Shown here one piece after another: positions 35,020 to 39,908 of a stretch of DNA of 39,908 bases. Made by a program: the position numbers and the translations under genes. Under the pieces are notes generated by a model. That model ran no database searches. It saw nothing but the letters and a program-made list of their open reading frames with translations, and was not told the origin of the DNA. This stretch comes from Narcine bancroftii (lineage: Eukaryota). The stretch covers positions 1 through 39,908 of the forward strand of contig NW_027212309.1 in assembly GCF_036971445.1 (NCBI RefSeq), in the 5' to 3' direction. The first letter of the stretch is position 1; each line of letters starts with the position of its first letter.

Positions 35020-35410
35020 ACTCATATACCCCTGAGAGAGAGGGACTGGTCAGTGTTCAGATATCCCCTCAACCCCCAACCCCCAGAGAGAAGGACAGAG
35101 AGACACAGGTCAGTGTTCTGATATCCCCCTGAGAGAGATGAACTGAGAGACACTGGACAGTGTTCAGATATGCCCACCACCCCCACCCCCCAGAGAGAAG
35201 GACTGAGATACACCAGTCAGTGTCCGATATCCCCCCGAGAGAGAGGGACTGTGTACAGATCTTCCCGTGAGTGACAAAGAGAGACATCGGTCAGTGTACA
35301 GATATCTCCAAGAAAAAATAAATGAGAGATACCAGTGAGTATATGAATACCTCGCAATAGACAGGAATTGAGAGGCAATGTTCAGTGTACAAATATCCCC
35401 CTGAGAGAGG
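35020..35410. repeat. Degenerate minisatellite upstream of the VH promoter
   Basis: Repeated CAGTGT(T/A)CAGATATCCCC...GAGAGAGA units. Confidence 0.8.
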
Positions 35411-37599
35411 GGAAAATTTAGAAGAAACATCAGGGGCCTTTATTTTTACACACAGAGTGGTGTGTGTCTGGAATGGAGACTGGTACCATCAGAACATTTG
35501 AAAGACTTCAAAAGAAAGATTGTGGATTACAGATATGAGGTGGGGAAAAGGCCCTGTACTGTGCTATATCGTTCTATGTTAAATCAGGGCTTGATCACAG
35601 ACAGCAAAGTACTTTTTGAAGTGGAGTGACTGTTGTCTTGGAGGGACGCTGGGACCCAAATTGTACAAAGCAAGTTCCCTGAACATCAAAGAGATAAAGA
35701 GAGCAGACAAGCTATTTCAGTGATGCTGGTTGAGGGATCGATGTTGGCAAGGATGATGGAAAATTTCCAAAACCTACATCCACTTCACATGACAGGCATG
35801 CTCTCAGTTCACTGCTTCTTCAGATGGGCAGACCACCTTCAGTCCTGTGCTGGGAGGGCCAGACTGCAGAAAGGGCTCCAGTCACTGGAGTGGGACCTCA
35901 ACCCACTGCCATCGACACAAGCTGGCTGTGACCTCACTGGTGAAGGTGAAATTGATACAGGCAGAAACCATACATGTTGTTGGAGGTCCCCAGGACAACT
36001 CTGTTACATCCTCAGCTCTCACCGTGGAACCAGTTGATCCAGGACAGTGGGAAATACAAAAACATGAGAGACAGAGAGAGGAGAAGCCCATCCAGCCCCA
36101 CATACTCTCTCCATCAATCAGTGAGATCATTGTTCACATTTGACCTCAGGGCCATTTCTAGGCATAAACTCACATCTGTTGAAACATTCATGTCTCAAAG
36201 TCCATTTATTGCAGCCTCAAATGGAGTCAGGGACTGACTCTGGATCCAGAATTTCAAGAATTTCACAGATTCACTCCACTCTGGGTGAAGACATTCTCAT
36301 CTTCTCGGTGATAGAACTATGTGACTATGAACCTTGGTTCTCGACACCCCACCAGCAGAAACATCACCTCAAAATTTATCCTGCCAAGTCTCTCACTAAT
36401 ATCAGACATTTTAATGAGGTCACACACCCTGTTCCAAACTCTGGAAAGCAGAGATGCAGCCTGCTTCATGCTTAACATACAACAAGCCCACATCCCAGAA
36501 CTCAATCCCTGCACTCCCTCAATCACGTTGATCCTTCCTTCAGAGCTGTAATCCTTATTCCAAATATTGTGTCAGTAGGGCTCTCAAAAATTGGAGCAAC
36601 TTTCCTCTGCTCCTCTACTCAAATCTTCTTCCAATAATCACTGTCTCACCTGCATTTTAACTTCAGTGATTCTTGTGCAAGGGCACCCACATCCCTCTGA
36701 CCTTTCGTTCTCTCACTTTGTAAACAATACTCTGAATTTGTATTTTTGTTTCCAAAGTGGACGAGCTCACATTTTCCACATTCAATTTTCCAGTGTCTGA
36801 GACGTGAATCCTTGCTGTACACTTGCTGATAGCCCACACTAAGTCCTGTTGTGTTATCAGTCGCTGTACCTCTCCTTCAGACTGAATGCCAGTTAATGAA
36901 GAGGACAAAGGCTGTGTAGTTCACCGGAAATCATGGCTTTTATTAGTAGAAACTAAGTAATACAATAAGGAATGATAATGGGTGCAAACACAGTTATAAC
37001 CAAGGGGAGAGTCTTTAGTGGTAGAGATAATACACGTCTAATGTCAGTAAAGAAGACTAAGCACAGTGAAAGACTGACAGCATGACACAGATTCATCACA
37101 CAGGCCCTGTTAGTTTCCCCTTAAATACATCTCCATCATTCTCTTCAGCCATCTCCTGTAGCAACAAGTTCCTCCATCTCAGGTGCTTGGGGACAAGCGT
37201 TCTTCAAATTCCCCATCACATTTCTTGCTGGCTCTCTGACAATGTTGCCCAGGTTGGGAGAGTGAGCTGAACACTTTGCCCCTTGAGCTTACTCAGCCAT
37301 CCATGGGATCACGACTGATCTCACTCTAAGCTCAACTCCGCAATTCCACTATTCATCCCTTGCTTTTCAGGTACCCACCTCCCTCTGCCTTCACAAATAT
37401 CCAAACACCGTGCTTCCATTGTCCTGGAAGGATATCATTCCAAAGACCTGATCTCTGTTTTAATTTGGCAATCCTTTACTTTTAAGCACTGATCCCTAGT
37501 TCCAGAATCTCCCACATCACCCTGCCATTATCCCTCAGGATTTTAGACATTTCAATCAATTCATCCCATTCTTCTAGATTCCAGCAAATGTAAGCCTAA

Positions 37600-38575
37600 C
37601 ATGTATTTGGATACAAGGATTTAGATTGACAGGGACTGATGAGGGATTGTCCACATGGCTTTGTGCATGGAAGGTCGTGTTTAATCTCGAGTTTTTTGAG
37701 GAGGTTAACAGCAAAATTGATGAAGGCCGTGGATGTTGTCTACATGGAATTTAGCAAGGCCTTTGACAAGGACCCACATGGGAGGATAGTGAGGAAGGTT
37801 TAATTGCTGGGTGTTCATGGTGAGGTAGTAAATTGGGTTAGACATTGGCTTTATGGAAGAAGCCAGAGAATGGTAGTGAACAGCTGTCTCTCTGACTGGA
37901 GGCCTGTGCCTAGTGGTGTGCCTCAAGAATCGGTGCTGGATCCACTTTTCATTGTCATCTCTATCAATGATCTGGTCTTTGGAACGATAATGTGGTAAAT
38001 TGGATGAGTAAACTTGCACATGACACAAAGACTGGAGGTGGAGTGGATAGTGAGGAGAGCTTTCAAAGCTTGCAGAGGGAACTGAACCAGCTGGAAAAAT
38101 AGGCTGCAAAATGGCAGATGGAATGACATGCAGACCAATGTGAGGTGTTGCACTTTGGAAAGACAAACCAAGGCAGGACATGCACTGTAAATGGTAGGAC
38201 ACTGAGGAGTACAGAAGAACAGAAGGATCTGGGAATACAGCTAAATAATTCACTGAATGTGGCATCAGAGGTGGATAGGAATGTAAAGAGAGCTTTTGGC
38301 ACATTGGCCTTCGTAAATCAAAGCACTGAGTACAGTGGTTGAGAGGTTATGATGAAGTTTCATAAGATATTGATGATGCCAAATTTGGAGCATTCTGTGC
38401 AGTTTAATTTCTGAGATTTAAGAAAAATTTAGATGGATCCAAGAACAGGAGGAGTAGGGAGGGATATGTTCTGGATGCAAGTCAGTTGGACCAGGCAGGA
38501 AATAGTTCGGCACAGACTAGAAGGGCCAAAGGGCCTGTTTTGGTGCTTTATTGTTCTATGGTTCTATCGTTCTAA
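37600..38575 (+). mobile_element. Degenerate CR1 LINE RT fragment with 3' end
   Basis: WRPVPSGVPQESVLDPLF, LHFGKTNQGR, GGGCCTGTTTTGGTGC...GTTCTAT tail; similar to 1500-3250. Confidence 0.85.
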
Positions 38576-38694
38576 GAAAATTTGTCCAGTCCAGGTTGCT
38601 TTTGAGTAAACCTTCTCTGAACTGCTTCTCTGATTGAATAAGGAAAAAGTATTGTGCACAGTAATTTGCATGGATATTTACCAGTGTTCTATAC

Positions 38695-38941
38695 CAGCCA
38701 TTCTTACAAGGGCCCATATAGACTCTTGGAAGTCACAGCACATTTAAGTATGGGGTGGGGTGGGTGGGGGGGGGGGGGGTGTCACGGTCTGAAATCATAA
38801 AATATGAGTTTTTTTTATGCAGTCAGTAGGAGAGATATATGAGGAAACCAACTAAACTTGACTGTTTCACAGGAAAGGGAGCCCATAGACTTCTGTCAGA
38901 GTCCTAAGGGGGCCATAGTTTAAAAAGTTTGAGAATGGCTG
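38695..38941. mobile_element. Probable non-autonomous hAT (Charlie-type) MITE
   Basis: Terminal inverted repeats CAGCCATTCT(T)A and TGAGAATGGCTG. Imperfect 8-bp flanks TTCTATAC and CTCTCTAC resemble the NTCTAGAN target. Confidence 0.55.
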
Positions 38942-39506
38942 CTCTCTACTACTGATTCATAGCTCTCCCACCTACGTCATCATTTCCTCGGTCTGCAAAC
39001 AACAACAATCTGTGAGCTTTCATTATTGCTGTGGTTATATACCAGCCTTTTGTAATCTGTGCAAATGGTTACCCAGATCTCTCTTCACCTCTGACCCCTG
39101 CAATCTCTCACTCTTGGCATTTTCAGTTTCTGAAATGGACCATTGCAGATTTTCTAACATCCTTTGCCAGATTTTTACACCCTCACTTAACCCACCTCTA
39201 TCCTTTTTGTCTTCAGCATCGACTTTCGATCCGATCATCAAGCAACTGTGCCTTCAGAACCTTTGCCCAAGCATTGATTATATTTATATTAGCAGGTTGA
39301 AGGCCCAGCACTCTTCTTGTGGCACCTCACTCAGTACATTTTTCCAATCAAAAAAGACCCAAGAATGTTGACACCCTGCTTCCCGTTACTACCCAGCCCT
39401 TCTCTCCATGTCAAGATGTTACCTCCTGATCCCTGAGCTTTATTTTTCTGTAAAGGCCTTTGAGGGCTATTGCAGAAAAATGAAGCTCAGGGCTAAGGAG
39501 GTAACT

Positions 39507-39736
39507 GGGCAGCACGGTTGGCGTAGCAGTTAGTGCAATGCCTTTACAGCGCCAACAATCAAGACCAGGGTTGTCATCCCGCGCTGTACGTTCTCTCGGA
39601 GTCTGTGTGGATTTTTCCCAGGGTCTCCAGTTTCCTCCCACCATTAAAAACTTACCACTGGTGTCGGTTAATTGGGTGTAAATTGGACCCGTGGACTGAA
39701 ATAGCCTGTTCCTGTGCTGTATATTTAAATTTAAAT
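39507..39736 (+). mobile_element. V-SINE
   Basis: GGGCAGCACGGTTGGCGTAGCAGTTAG head, conserved core, GCCTGTTCCTGTGCTGT plus (TTTAAA)n tail. Confidence 0.75.
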
Positions 39737-39908
39737 GATCCTTGTCTTCTGCAATCTGAGTAGAGTACATCCACCGGCTACCCATTCTCTGCAACTCATG
39801 TCACGTATTCAAAGAATTCCAAGCAGGGGTTGTGTGTTCTTTCTGTGATTATGTAGGTTTACTGCTGGATTCTCCAGTCTGCTCTCGCAGGGATGTAATG
39901 ATGTTGGA

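Noticed and set aside
33743-35132. Plus-strand ORFs of 206 and 175 aa over V-D and the leader
   Set aside because: By-products of GC-rich sequence antisense to the Ig segments.
35020-35410. Repeat-spacer pattern suggestive of a CRISPR array
   Set aside because: Vertebrate DNA, degenerate units, non-unique spacers and no cas genes; it is a minisatellite.
38664-38671. Octamer ATTTGCAT as Ig promoter element
   Set aside because: About 4 kb from the leader, within repeat-derived DNA; likely chance.

Overview
Eukaryotic genomic DNA, very probably from a cartilaginous fish (shark, skate or ray). The window holds one immunoglobulin heavy-chain minilocus of the IgW (IgD-lineage) type on the minus strand. 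Its parts are a leader exon (34683-34728), VH (34276-34573) with a 23-RSS, a single D (33883-33897) flanked by two 12-RSSs, JH (33446-33490) with a 23-RSS, and six constant exons (CH1-CH6, 24437 to 16501) ending in a secretory tailpiece. All splice junctions are phase-compatible and all frames are open. Reading the introns by hand shows small alternative terminal exons, most absent from the ORF track: a Cys-rich tail after CH2, a short penultimate-Cys tail after CH4, a Pro/Cys hinge-like tail after CH1, and a decayed sushi/CCP-like segment. About 0.5 kb inside the J-C intron lies a roughly 830-bp GAGCT/GGGT repeat dense in WGCW motifs that resembles a switch region. Two young, near-identical RTE retrotransposons flank the whole constant region as direct repeats. 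The rest is CR1 LINE fragments, V-SINEs, a deleted Gypsy element, a solo LTR and simple repeats. No transmembrane exon was found.
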